Positions 28,603-37,067 of a DNA stretch of 56,271 nucleotides are shown in pieces. The stretch covers positions 1 through 56,271 of the forward strand of contig JAUYOL010000023.1 of assembly GCA_030695905.1 (NCBI GenBank), read 5' to 3'. The stretch comes from Candidatus Omnitrophota bacterium (GTDB taxonomy: Bacteria > Omnitrophota > Gorgyraeia > 2-01-FULL-45-10). The first letter of the stretch is position 1. Each line of letters starts with the position of its first letter. Below the pieces are notes generated by a model. That model worked only from the letters and a program-made list of their open reading frames with translations. It was not told the origin of the DNA and did no database searches. Both the position numbers and the translations under genes were made by a program.

Positions 28603-28994
28603 TGAAGAACAGAGCGTTTTCGCTGATAGAACTCATGGTAGCGGTGTCGGTGCTGGCAATCGGCATCATTATGATAGCACGCTCTTTCCTCTCGGCGTCC
28701 AGCGCCATAAATAACGGTGAGCACAGGATACTTGCTTTGAATCTTCTCGGAGAAAAGATGAGCGGTATTGAAGAGCAGGCGCTTAAAGGAATAGATAAGC
28801 TCGATGATATCAACGAGAATATCACCATCAATTTTAAGGCGTTTACCGTCAGGTCTGATATAAGCCTGATAAAGATAGACGAAGACAGCAAGGAGAATAT
28901 CAATAGTATAGTATTGAGCGCGCAGTGGCTGGAGGGCACAAAGTCCTACGATGAGGTCGTCGCGACGTATATCGATTTTGGCAGGAAAGAATAA
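28602..28994 (+). CDS. Minor pseudopilin (GspI-like) with a prepilin N-terminal motif
   Basis: (V)KNRAFSLIELMVAVSVLAIGIIM. GTG 28602 lies 10 nt after SD AGGAG, and ATG 28593 is an alternative. The TTG at 28542 in the ORF track would overlap pilO and add a non-pilin leader. Confidence 0.7.
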   Translation: MKNRAFSLIELMVAVSVLAIGIIMIARSFLSASSAINNGEHRILALNLLGEKMSGIEEQALKGIDKLDDINENITINFKAFTVRSDISLIKIDEDSKENINSIVLSAQWLEGTKSYDEVVATYIDFGRKE

Positions 28995-28995
28995 T

Positions 28996-29550
28996 ATGCA
29001 TAACAAACGAGCATTCACCCTCATAGAGACGCTTCTTGCGATGACGATATTTGCTTTTATAGGGCTGGGCATAGCGATGAGCTTTTTTTCAGGCATCAAG
29101 CTATGGGATCGCGCCACGACCTCCGGACTTTGGATAAATGATATGGTATTGAACTTCGAAACCGTTTCCAAAGAACTGCGTCAGAGCCTCGATGTGCCCG
29201 CTATAGGCTTCGAAGGCGATATAAAAAGTTTTTCTTTTCCGGGATTATCGGGAAACAAAATTGTGAAGGTCTCCTACTCTTTTGACGCGGCCGCGAAAGC
29301 TATCAAAAGAAGCGAGACGATGATAAAAGATATTATCGAGGAAAAAATGAAGGTCGAATCCGTAGAAAAAAACGCTTTTCCTTTGGATGAATTTTCGGCC
29401 CAGTATTTAAAGATGGACAAGGATTCTAAAAGCCTTGAGTGGAAAGATGAGTGGAAGAAAGAAGACGGCATATTTATCGCGGTAAGGTTTAAAGGCAAAT
29501 CGCATAATGAAGAATTTCAAAAGACAATATTCATACCTATCGCGCAATAA
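28996..29550 (+). CDS. Minor pseudopilin (GspJ-like)
   Basis: MHNKRAFTLIETLLAMTIFAFIGLGIAM. ATG 28996 comes 1 nt after the upstream stop and is preceded by aGGAAAg. The longer ORF-track start (28951) was rejected. Confidence 0.7.
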   Translation: MHNKRAFTLIETLLAMTIFAFIGLGIAMSFFSGIKLWDRATTSGLWINDMVLNFETVSKELRQSLDVPAIGFEGDIKSFSFPGLSGNKIVKVSYSFDAAAKAIKRSETMIKDIIEEKMKVESVEKNAFPLDEFSAQYLKMDKDSKSLEWKDEWKKEDGIFIAVRFKGKSHNEEFQKTIFIPIAQ

Positions 29551-30364
29551 AGGCAGTATCCTTGTGGTGTCTGTCTGGGTACTGGTCGCGTTCTCTATCT
29601 TAAGCGTCGGCCTATACGGCATAGTCTCATCGCGCTTAAAGGTTGCCCAGGTTCTTGAGGGCAGGGTGACGGGCCAATACCTGGCCAAAGCCGCGTGTGT
29701 CTGGTTCAAGGCCAAGCAAGCGTCGGGAAAGGAGCCTCTCGACACCATATCGAAATTACAGGAAAAGCAGGTCCATGAATTTGGCAGGTGGAAATTTACC
29801 TATACGCTGACCGACGAAGAGAGCAATATAAATATAAATACAGCTTCTATGGATGTGATTTCAAGGCTCCCGGGTTTTGATAAGGAATTAGCGGAAGAAG
29901 TGTATGAATCGAAACTTAAGCCATTCAATGTTAAAGAGGGATTGCTTTTGATAGAAGGCGTAAGCGAGGAAGCTTTCAACAGCTGTAAAGATATCATAAC
30001 GGTTTATGGCTCCGGCGGCGTCAATATAAATACCGCTGATACGCAAGTATTACAAGTTTTGGGGTTAGATACGAGCCTGATAGATTTGATAAAAAGTTTC
30101 AGGGCGGGACCCGACGGTAAAGAAGGCACGGCAGATGACGGTATATTCGCAAGTACAACCGAAATAATCAATAATCTGCGCTCTTATTCATCATTATTCG
30201 AGGCCCAGGAGGCGAAGCTTGTCCAGCTGATAAGCCAGAACGCGCTTGTCACATCATCCCAGGCTTTTACATTGAATATTGAAACTACTATTCTCGAAAA
30301 GGCAATGATGAGGTATAATATTGTTGTGGATAAAGATAAGATTAAACGCTGGGAGGAACTTTAA
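29507..30364 (+). CDS. GspK-like minor pseudopilin
   Basis: N-terminus RNKGSILVVSVWVLVAFSIL and two helix-hairpin-helix-like motifs (NINTASMDVISRLPGF, VNINTADTQVLQVLGL) typical of GspK. Overlaps the upstream gene by 44 nt. Confidence 0.65.
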   Translation: MKNFKRQYSYLSRNKGSILVVSVWVLVAFSILSVGLYGIVSSRLKVAQVLEGRVTGQYLAKAACVWFKAKQASGKEPLDTISKLQEKQVHEFGRWKFTYTLTDEESNININTASMDVISRLPGFDKELAEEVYESKLKPFNVKEGLLLIEGVSEEAFNSCKDIITVYGSGGVNINTADTQVLQVLGLDTSLIDLIKSFRAGPDGKEGTADDGIFASTTEIINNLRSYSSLFEAQEAKLVQLISQNALVTSSQAFTLNIETTILEKAMMRYNIVVDKDKIKRWEEL

Positions 30365-30365
30365 T

Positions 30366-30773
30366 ATGCTTAAAAAAGGTTTTACGCTCATTGAGCTTAT
30401 GCTCGTTGTTATAATAATAGGCATTCTCGTTGCTATGATAGTTCCTCGTATGGCCGGCAGATCCGAACAGGCCCGCATCGCCGTTGCGCAGGCCGATGTT
30501 GACCTGAATATCGCGACAGCGTTGAAACTTTATGAGATCGATAATGGCGCGTTCCCTACGACTGATGAAGGGCTGCAGGCATTGCTTTCAGCGCCTCCTT
30601 CGGCTAAGAATTGGAAAGGGCCTTATCTGGATAAGAAGCCGTTGGACCCATGGAATAATCCATATCAATATAAAAGCCCCGGCACGCATAGGACTCACGA
30701 TTACGATCTGTGGTCAAATGGCAAAAGCGGGGTTGAAGGCGCGGACGTTATTGGCAATTGGCAGAAGCAATAA
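30366..30773 (+). CDS. gspG: Major pseudopilin GspG
   Basis: MLKKGFTLIELMLVVIIIGILVAMIVPRM...ALKLYEIDNGAFPTTDEGLQALL...WKGPYL...DPWNNPYQYKSPG...YDLWSNGKSG. ATG 30366 comes 1 nt after the upstream stop. Confidence 0.9.
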   Translation: MLKKGFTLIELMLVVIIIGILVAMIVPRMAGRSEQARIAVAQADVDLNIATALKLYEIDNGAFPTTDEGLQALLSAPPSAKNWKGPYLDKKPLDPWNNPYQYKSPGTHRTHDYDLWSNGKSGVEGADVIGNWQKQ

Positions 30774-30806
30774 ACCGTCTTACCCACCCGGTGGGTAAAT
30801 ACGGTT
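30773..30806 (+). terminator. Stem-loop after gspG (possible operon end; no T-tract)
   Basis: AACCGT-c-TTACCCACC-c-GGTGGGTAA-a-t-ACGGTT composite inverted repeat starting at the last base of the stop codon. It is not followed by a U-run, so it may instead be a stabiliser or processing site. Confidence 0.35.
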
Positions 30807-30825
30807 AGCACATAAAAAAGTAAGC

Positions 30826-30854
30826 TATCCAACATCATGATTATGTGGTATACT
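30826..30854 (+). promoter_or_regulatory. Putative promoter with extended -10 (TATCCA-17-TGgTATACT)
   Basis: The -10 block TGGTATACT (30846-30854) is identical to the one at 3465-3473. The -35 is weak. Confidence 0.4.
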
Positions 30855-30940
30855 TTATAGTGAAGAATAGAAGAGGTGCATTTTTTTGTTACACTTTATA
30901 AAAAAATTTATAAAGTTATGTAGTATTAGAGGTGAGTTTC

Positions 30941-33838
30941 ATGTTAGACGCTAGATCTAATACGCCAGGCTTGGTGTTGTTGGGCTTAAGGAAGATGAGA
31001 AACAGACTATCTTTCTTGAAGCCCTTTTTTATTTTATTCACCGCCCTTGTCTTTATAGTTAATTCAGTAGGGGGCGATTTACTGTTAGGTAAATCTTGGG
31101 CTGCCGAAAGCATAGCAGGGCTTACTAGCGTCGGCCCTGAAAATGCGGGCGGCCCAGCGCCTCTGAAAGAGCTTAGCGCCGGCACGTTTACAATACCACA
31201 GGAACTCGGCTACATCCAGGAAGCCGTGAATATGCCCAACTCTTCCAAAACAGTAATACATATACAGGACGCGCATTGTAATTACGCGGCGCAGAAGTCT
31301 ATAGCAGGAATATTGGATTACCTGACTAAGGAATACGGCGTAAACGCTGTGAATTGCGAAGGCGGCTCCGAAGGCTACGACCTGTCCGTATTTACGGACA
31401 TACCGGAAAAAGATATACGCGAAAAGACATCAGATTATTTTGTGAAGGAAGGTGTTGTGAGCGCGGCCGAGTTTTTCGCGGTCAACAATCCTCAAAATGT
31501 AGATCTTTGGGGAGTGGAAGACGCGGGCCTTTATATGAAAAATTTAAAAGTTTACAGGGAATCTCTTACTTACAAAAGCGAGGCAGGCAGGTATATAAAA
31601 TCCATAGCGTATATACTTGATAACCTTAAAAGGCATATCTATTCGCCGCAGCTGCTGGATTTTGATAATAATTATATGAAATACAAAGACGGCAAGATTG
31701 GATTTAAAGATTACATAAAATGCCTCATAGCGGCAGCTGGGGAAAGCATGATCAATATAAAATCTTTTCCTAATATATATCTTTTAAACCAGACTCTTGA
31801 GGAAGAGGATAAGATAAATTTTAAACGCGCCAACAACGAAAAAGATGAGGTGGTCGATAAATTAAAGAAGGTCCTGTCTAAAAATGAAATTGAGGAACTA
31901 TTGGCAAAGGTCGGACAGATGAAGATAGAGCGCATATCTCAAGCAGACTTTTACGCTTATCTTGCAAGAAAGGCCAAATCTATAAAGTTGGAGCTGAAAA
32001 ATTACCCGGAACTGGAAAAATATATAATATACATTTCAATATACAGCGCTATAGACAGGACGAAAGTCGCTAAAGAGATGGATGCGCTGGAAGACAAGAT
32101 ACAGGAATCTTTGTATGAAAATGATACGCAAAGAGAGCTCGGTATTTTATCCAAAAATATTATACTGGAAAAGAATATGTTCAATATTTCGTTTACTCGG
32201 GAAGATTATGCCTATTATCAGGAGCATCGCGCCAGTTTCAGCGTGGAGAACTTCACGCGCTTTATCGACGCGAAAGCGCCTCTTTACAAGATACAGGCTA
32301 AGCTCGATAGCGGCATAGGCAGGCTGGATGTGTACCGCGAAAAGATGGAAGCGTTTTATGAGTGCTCCCTGGAAAGGGATAAAGCTTTTGTTAAAAATAT
32401 AAAATTCACCGACCATGCCAGGCCGAATTCCATAATAATTACCGGAGGTTTTCATGCCCAGAACTTACGGGAATTGTTCGGAAAAGAAAACGTCTCCTAT
32501 ATTTCCGTAATGCCTAAGTTTACCAACCCTGCGGGTTATGAAAGCCCGTACTTAAGTAGATTGGCCGGACAAAGGACAGCGTTGGAAAATGTTATCGATA
32601 CCGCGATCCCGGCAGTATTGAATTTACAGGTGGTAAATTTCCTGAATACAGTACTTGCCGTCAGGGTTGAAGGTCCGGCTAACCTGGCGAAATTCAGGCT
32701 CGCGGTTGCTATTATCTCAATGATAATGAGAGGGCAGGATTTTACCCTGATAATAGACAAGAAAGTTCCTATAAAGGGAATGGAGGATGGCGAAGACAAG
32801 GTAATTACCTTCACGGAAGCGGAGCTTGCCAAAGGCGTCAGCCCCACCATAAAATACGCTCGTGATGCGGGCGCTGATGTTATCGCGCGGGCCAACGCCA
32901 TATTAACGGAGGTCAGCCGAGACGCTTTCATATTTAATTTGATTTCACCTCAAGGCCAGGTAAAGGCCGAAGAAGCTATGCCTGTGACGCCGACTGTTCA
33001 GGCGCCTTCCGCAACTATAGGCGGGATACCCGTAGTTGGACCATTCGCCGAAATTGTCGGAGGTCAGCCACGGCTGATACTTCCCGCTGAACAGGCTACA
33101 GCCGTCGCAAAACCGATTGGTCAACCAATATACGAAGCTGCCGTAGAGCCGGCTGTAGGAGTGGCAAGCTCTCTTAAGGATACGGCCACTCGCATAATAA
33201 GCCTTGTTGCGTCTGATGGAGATGAGGCTTTAGTGGGAAGATTCGGTCAGATAGCGCGAAACCTTGTTGGGCCCGATATTCATTTGAGTAGCTATGTGGA
33301 TAACGCAGACAAGGGTGTTTGGATGCCGAAATTAAGAGAATTATTGGAAATAGAGTTAAAGAACTTTGTTGAAAATGATCTGCTGAAGCGCGCCCCGCTT
33401 ATGGAGATAAGAATAAGAGAGGGCAAGGACACGCGTGAGGACGTGGAGCAAATGATAGGAGATGTCCTGACAAAATTAGGGTATCAGGAAAGAATGAAAG
33501 ATATAAGAGATAGAATAAAATTAGTGCAGGTCCAAATTGAACAGGGTAAGCAGACCAACCCCGCAATAGAATTTTTTGCCGATATGGGAATGCTCGAATG
33601 CGCCAGGTATGTCAATGGAGATTATGGGGATGAAAAGACGCCCCCAGAGGATTTAAAAAATAGCTTCATCGCGCTTCTTAAGTTGTCGATAAAAAATGGA
33701 ACAGATTTTGACGACAAAAATATAGATGAAATATTGGGCATGATATTTGCCGGGCATTTGCTGGAAATAAAACCCGCGGACTTTAAATCATTCGATGAAT
33801 GGCACAAAGCGAACCGTCAGCTCATGCAATCCGTATAA
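30941..33838 (+). CDS. Large (965 aa) membrane-anchored protein of unknown function; possible ChaN/TIKI/TraB-superfamily-like core
   Basis: ATG 30941 lies 6 nt after GAGGTG; the GTG 30932 in the track is less likely. It has a TM helix (FFILFTALVFIVNSV). The motifs VIHIQDAHCNYAAQKSIAGILDYL...NCEGG and, about 400 aa later, IIITGGFHAQNL resemble the split GE-H-N...E / G-H signature of ChaN/TIKI-like folds, which is a weak call. The C-terminal ~350 aa is unassignable. Confidence 0.6.
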   Translation: MLDARSNTPGLVLLGLRKMRNRLSFLKPFFILFTALVFIVNSVGGDLLLGKSWAAESIAGLTSVGPENAGGPAPLKELSAGTFTIPQELGYIQEAVNMPNSSKTVIHIQDAHCNYAAQKSIAGILDYLTKEYGVNAVNCEGGSEGYDLSVFTDIPEKDIREKTSDYFVKEGVVSAAEFFAVNNPQNVDLWGVEDAGLYMKNLKVYRESLTYKSEAGRYIKSIAYILDNLKRHIYSPQLLDFDNNYMKYKDGKIGFKDYIKCLIAAAGESMINIKSFPNIYLLNQTLEEEDKINFKRANNEKDEVVDKLKKVLSKNEIEELLAKVGQMKIERISQADFYAYLARKAKSIKLELKNYPELEKYIIYISIYSAIDRTKVAKEMDALEDKIQESLYENDTQRELGILSKNIILEKNMFNISFTREDYAYYQEHRASFSVENFTRFIDAKAPLYKIQAKLDSGIGRLDVYREKMEAFYECSLERDKAFVKNIKFTDHARPNSIIITGGFHAQNLRELFGKENVSYISVMPKFTNPAGYESPYLSRLAGQRTALENVIDTAIPAVLNLQVVNFLNTVLAVRVEGPANLAKFRLAVAIISMIMRGQDFTLIIDKKVPIKGMEDGEDKVITFTEAELAKGVSPTIKYARDAGADVIARANAILTEVSRDAFIFNLISPQGQVKAEEAMPVTPTVQAPSATIGGIPVVGPFAEIVGGQPRLILPAEQATAVAKPIGQPIYEAAVEPAVGVASSLKDTATRIISLVASDGDEALVGRFGQIARNLVGPDIHLSSYVDNADKGVWMPKLRELLEIELKNFVENDLLKRAPLMEIRIREGKDTREDVEQMIGDVLTKLGYQERMKDIRDRIKLVQVQIEQGKQTNPAIEFFADMGMLECARYVNGDYGDEKTPPEDLKNSFIALLKLSIKNGTDFDDKNIDEILGMIFAGHLLEIKPADFKSFDEWHKANRQLMQSV

Positions 33839-33840
33839 CT

Positions 33841-33924
33841 GGAGACGCTTTCCAAGTTAATCGGGAAGCTGCCCCTCATGGGGGACAGCTTCCCGATGCG
33901 ATCGGAAGACGTCTCCATTTTTTT
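33841..33924 (+). terminator. Intrinsic terminator (compound hairpin + T-run)
   Basis: Outer stem GGAGACG (33841-33847) / CGTCTCC (33910-33916). Inner stem ATCGGGAAGCTGCCCC-tcat-GGGGaCAGCTTCCCGAT (33860-33897). Then aTTTTTTT (33917-33924). Confidence 0.8.
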
Positions 33925-33925
33925 C

Positions 33926-33953
33926 TTGACAAATGAGACTAATATGGTATCAT
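33926..33953 (+). promoter_or_regulatory. Sigma70 promoter TTGACA-16-TGgTATCAT for the Rrf2-led cluster
   Basis: TTGACA at 33926-33931 and extended -10 TGgTATCAT at 33945-33953. An imperfect palindrome ATGAgACTAaTaTgGTaTCAT (33933-33953) overlaps the spacer and -10. Confidence 0.6.
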
Positions 33954-33982
33954 TTACGCATGGATAGAAAAGAGCCTATTAT

Positions 33983-34387
33983 ATGAAATTGATATCGAGA
34001 AATACGGACTACGCTGTCAGGGCAATATGCCATATGGCGCAGGAGAAGAATGCGATAGTGTCGGTGACCGAGTTGGTCAGGACATTAAAGATACCGCACC
34101 CATTCTTAAGGAAGATATTACAGACGCTTAATAAGAAAGGCATTCTCGAATCTCATAAAGGCGCGGGCGGCGGGTTTATATTGTCGAAAGATCCAAAGAA
34201 ATTATATTTGACAGATATTATGGAGGCTTTCCAGGGTCCGTTCAAGCTGAACGAATGTTTTTTCAAAAAAGAGTTATGCCCAAATAGAAGGGCCTGCTTT
34301 CTTAAGCACAAGATAGATACTATAGAAGATCATATGTTTTCGGAATTAAAGACCATAACAATAGCGTCAATAATGGAGGGGCAATAA
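33983..34387 (+). CDS. Rrf2-family transcriptional regulator (three C-terminal Cys, likely Fe-S sensing)
   Basis: MKLISRNTDYAVRAICHMA...VTELVRTLKIPHPFLRKILQTLNKKGILESHKGAGGGFIL, with Cys residues in NECFFKKELCPNRRAC. Confidence 0.88.
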   Translation: MKLISRNTDYAVRAICHMAQEKNAIVSVTELVRTLKIPHPFLRKILQTLNKKGILESHKGAGGGFILSKDPKKLYLTDIMEAFQGPFKLNECFFKKELCPNRRACFLKHKIDTIEDHMFSELKTITIASIMEGQ

Positions 34388-34390
34388 ACA

Positions 34391-35227
34391 ATGGCAAAGA
34401 GAAAGATAATAAAGATCGATGAAGAAAAATGCAACGGCTGCGGGTTGTGTATTCCGAACTGCCCTGAAGGAGCGCTGCAGATAATAGACGGTAAGGCGCG
34501 GCTGATAAGTGATCTATTTTGTGACGGACTGGGTGCCTGCATCGGCCATTGCCCGCAGGGCGCTATTAATATAGAGGAAAGAGAGGCCCAGAAGTATGAT
34601 GAAAAGAGGGTAATGGAGAATATCGTAAAGCAGGGTAAAAATACAATAATAGCGCACTTAAGCCATCTTAAGGAGCACAACGAATTCGGTTATTTGAAAG
34701 AGGCTATGGATTTTCTTGTGGCAAAGGGCATAAAAATGAGGCCAGGTGATCTTATGAATACAATTCATCCTTCCAGGGGCGGGTGTCCCGGATCGAAAGT
34801 TATTGATTCAAGAAGGAAGGAAGCTTCAAAAAAAGATAAAGCGGCTGTCCAAAAAAATCAGTCGCAACTGGAGACATGGCCGGTGCAATTAAAGTTAGTG
34901 CCGGCTTTTGCGCCATTTTTAAACGGAGCCGATATCCTTATAGCGGCAGATTGCGTGGGATTCGCCTATCCCGATTTTCATGAAGACTTATTGAAGGGCA
35001 GGATTTTGCTCGTTGGGTGTCCGAAATTGGATGATGTCGTATATTATAAGGAGAAGATAACCCAAATAATAAGCAATAATGACATAAAGTCCATAACATA
35101 CGCGCACATGGAAGTTCCGTGTTGTTTCGGACTTCTCCCGGCAATAAAAGACGCGATAGCCGAGTCCGGTAAAAAGGTGCCGTTTGAAGACGTTACAATA
35201 AGTATAAAAGGTGAGAGGTTAAAATGA
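34391..35227 (+). CDS. 2x[4Fe-4S] ferredoxin-domain protein with a Cys-containing C-terminal domain
   Basis: CNGCGLCIPNCP and CDGLGACIGHCP motifs. The C-terminal domain is ...ADCVGFAYPDF...LVGCPKLDD...MEVPCCFGL. Confidence 0.7.
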   Translation: MAKRKIIKIDEEKCNGCGLCIPNCPEGALQIIDGKARLISDLFCDGLGACIGHCPQGAINIEEREAQKYDEKRVMENIVKQGKNTIIAHLSHLKEHNEFGYLKEAMDFLVAKGIKMRPGDLMNTIHPSRGGCPGSKVIDSRRKEASKKDKAAVQKNQSQLETWPVQLKLVPAFAPFLNGADILIAADCVGFAYPDFHEDLLKGRILLVGCPKLDDVVYYKEKITQIISNNDIKSITYAHMEVPCCFGLLPAIKDAIAESGKKVPFEDVTISIKGERLK

Positions 35228-35472
35228 TCTTTCAGTGTCCCGGTTCAGGCAGGTTTAAGCAGCCTTATCCGGAAGCGATAAGATGCAGCGCATGCGGCCA
35301 AGAGGCCGAGATCTGGAGCGATGAGATAAAGACCACCTGCTTTAGCTGCGGGGCTATTATCTCTAAAAATATAGAGCAGGGCTGTTTTATGTGGTGTAAA
35401 TACGCCAAGGAATGTATTGGCAAGGATGTTTATAATAAGTATACAAGTGATAAAAAAGAAAGGGAGGGGTAA
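35224..35472 (+). CDS. Small Cys-rich (zinc-ribbon-like) protein
   Basis: 82 aa with CPGSG...CSACG...CFSCG...CFMWCKYAKEC. ATGA overlap with the upstream gene. Confidence 0.5.
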   Translation: MIFQCPGSGRFKQPYPEAIRCSACGQEAEIWSDEIKTTCFSCGAIISKNIEQGCFMWCKYAKECIGKDVYNKYTSDKKEREG

Positions 35473-35473
35473 G

Positions 35474-36763
35474 ATGTTTTGTTATCAGTGTGAACAAGCA
35501 GCTGGCGGTACAGGATGCACTAAGATAGGGGTTTGCGGAAAGAATGAGGATATACAGAGCCTTCAGGATACGCTTCTGTATGGGTTAAAAGGGATAGCGG
35601 CTTACGCGTACCATGCCAGAGAGCTGGACGCGCGCAATGAAGATGTCGACGCGTTTATGCACGAAGCGCTTTTTAAGACGATTACAAACGTGAGTTTCGA
35701 TCTTAATCAGCACCTGGCGATGGTATTGAAGTGCGGCCAGATGAATTTGAAGATAATGGAAGTTCTCGACAAAGCGCATACAGATAGATTTGGCAACCCT
35801 ACTCCTACCGAAGTCGATACTGGTACAAGAGCCGGCCACGGCATACTTGTTACAGGACATGATCTTCTTATGCTGTCCGACCTTCTTGAGCAGACGGAAG
35901 GTACCGGCATAAATATTTATACCCACGGAGAGATGCTTCCCGCGCACGGTTATCCCGAGTTAAAGAAATTTAAGCATCTTGCGGGAAACTATGGCGGCGC
36001 GTGGCAGGATCAGAGGAAGGAATTTGCCGCCTTTTCAGGCCCTGTAATAGTAAATACCAATTGCGTAATGATACCCCCGCCTAATTCATATCTTGACAGG
36101 CTCTTTACCGTAGGGATACCGGGAGTGCCGGGCGCCAAGCATATAGAGGGTCATGATTTCTCCGTCGTAATAAAAAAGGCAAAAGAGCTTCCGGTGCTTG
36201 CGGCAGCGCCGGGCAAGAAGATATTGACCGGATTCCACTATACGGCTATTCTTGGCCTTGCCGATAAGATTGTGGGGTTGGTAAAGTCGGGTAAGATAAA
36301 GAGGTTCTTCTTAATAGGCGGATGCGACGGAGCGAAGCCGGGAAGAAATTATTACACAGAATTTGCCGAAAGGGTCCCGATGGATTGTGTAATACTTACA
36401 GTTGCCTGCGGCAAGTACCGTTTCAATAAATTAGATTTCGGCAATATCGAGGGAGTGCCAAGGCTTATAGATTTAGGTCAGTGCAATGATGCATATTCAG
36501 GTGTTCAGGTAGCGCTGGCGCTTGCGAAAGTCTTTAATTGCGACGTGAATGACCTGCCGTTATCTTTTGTTCTTTCGTGGTTTGAGCAGAAAGCGGTGGC
36601 AATTCTCTTAACGCTTTTATCTTTAGGGATAAAAGGCATCAGGATAGGCCCTACGCCCCCGGCCTTTATAACGCCCAATGTATTCAAGGTGCTGCAGGAG
36701 AAGTTTGACCTTAAATTGATCAAGACGCCGGAAGAAGATCTGAAAGAAATACTGAAGAAGTAA
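35474..36763 (+). CDS. hcp: Hybrid-cluster protein / hydroxylamine reductase, short (429 aa) form
   Basis: MFCYQCEQAAGGTGCTKIGVCGK (C-x2-C-x8-C-x5-C). ATG 35474 follows SD GGGAGGGG. The ORF-track start 35417 overlaps the previous gene and was rejected. The length fits the shortened class of Hcp. Confidence 0.88.
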   Translation: MFCYQCEQAAGGTGCTKIGVCGKNEDIQSLQDTLLYGLKGIAAYAYHARELDARNEDVDAFMHEALFKTITNVSFDLNQHLAMVLKCGQMNLKIMEVLDKAHTDRFGNPTPTEVDTGTRAGHGILVTGHDLLMLSDLLEQTEGTGINIYTHGEMLPAHGYPELKKFKHLAGNYGGAWQDQRKEFAAFSGPVIVNTNCVMIPPPNSYLDRLFTVGIPGVPGAKHIEGHDFSVVIKKAKELPVLAAAPGKKILTGFHYTAILGLADKIVGLVKSGKIKRFFLIGGCDGAKPGRNYYTEFAERVPMDCVILTVACGKYRFNKLDFGNIEGVPRLIDLGQCNDAYSGVQVALALAKVFNCDVNDLPLSFVLSWFEQKAVAILLTLLSLGIKGIRIGPTPPAFITPNVFKVLQEKFDLKLIKTPEEDLKEILKK

Positions 36764-36824
36764 TATTCTTTATTAAAAGTTAGTTATGTGTTAGAATGAT
36801 AGACTCAATATAAGGAGAAATGTA

Positions 36825-37046
36825 ATGAAAGACAAAGTGGAAGCTGCACTAAAGAAGATACGTCCGATGCTTCAGGCAGACGGTGGCGATATAGAACTTG
36901 TCGATGTCACAAAAGACGGAGTTGTCAAAGTAAAACTTACCGGCGCATGCGGCTGTTGTCCGATGAGCCAGATGACTCTGAAGAACGCCGTAGAGCAGAG
37001 ACTGAAAAAAGAAGTGCCCGGTATAAAAGAAGTGGTCGCGGCATAA
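36825..37046 (+). CDS. NifU C-terminal-like (Nfu) Fe-S cluster carrier domain protein
   Basis: IRPMLQADGGDIELVDVTKDGVVKVKLTGACGCCPMSQMTLKNAVEQRL. Confidence 0.85.
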   Translation: MKDKVEAALKKIRPMLQADGGDIELVDVTKDGVVKVKLTGACGCCPMSQMTLKNAVEQRLKKEVPGIKEVVAA

Positions 37047-37067
37047 CCAAAAAGCTGGGTGTAACTA

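Noticed and set aside
28412-29171. 175-aa and 213-aa minus-strand ORFs
   Set aside because: They are antisense to the pilO-like and pseudopilin genes, whose prepilin motifs (FSLIELMV, FTLIETLLA) fix the + strand frames.
30532-30798. 88-aa + strand alternative-frame ORF
   Set aside because: It overlaps the highly canonical gspG frame and has an Arg-rich shadow-frame composition.
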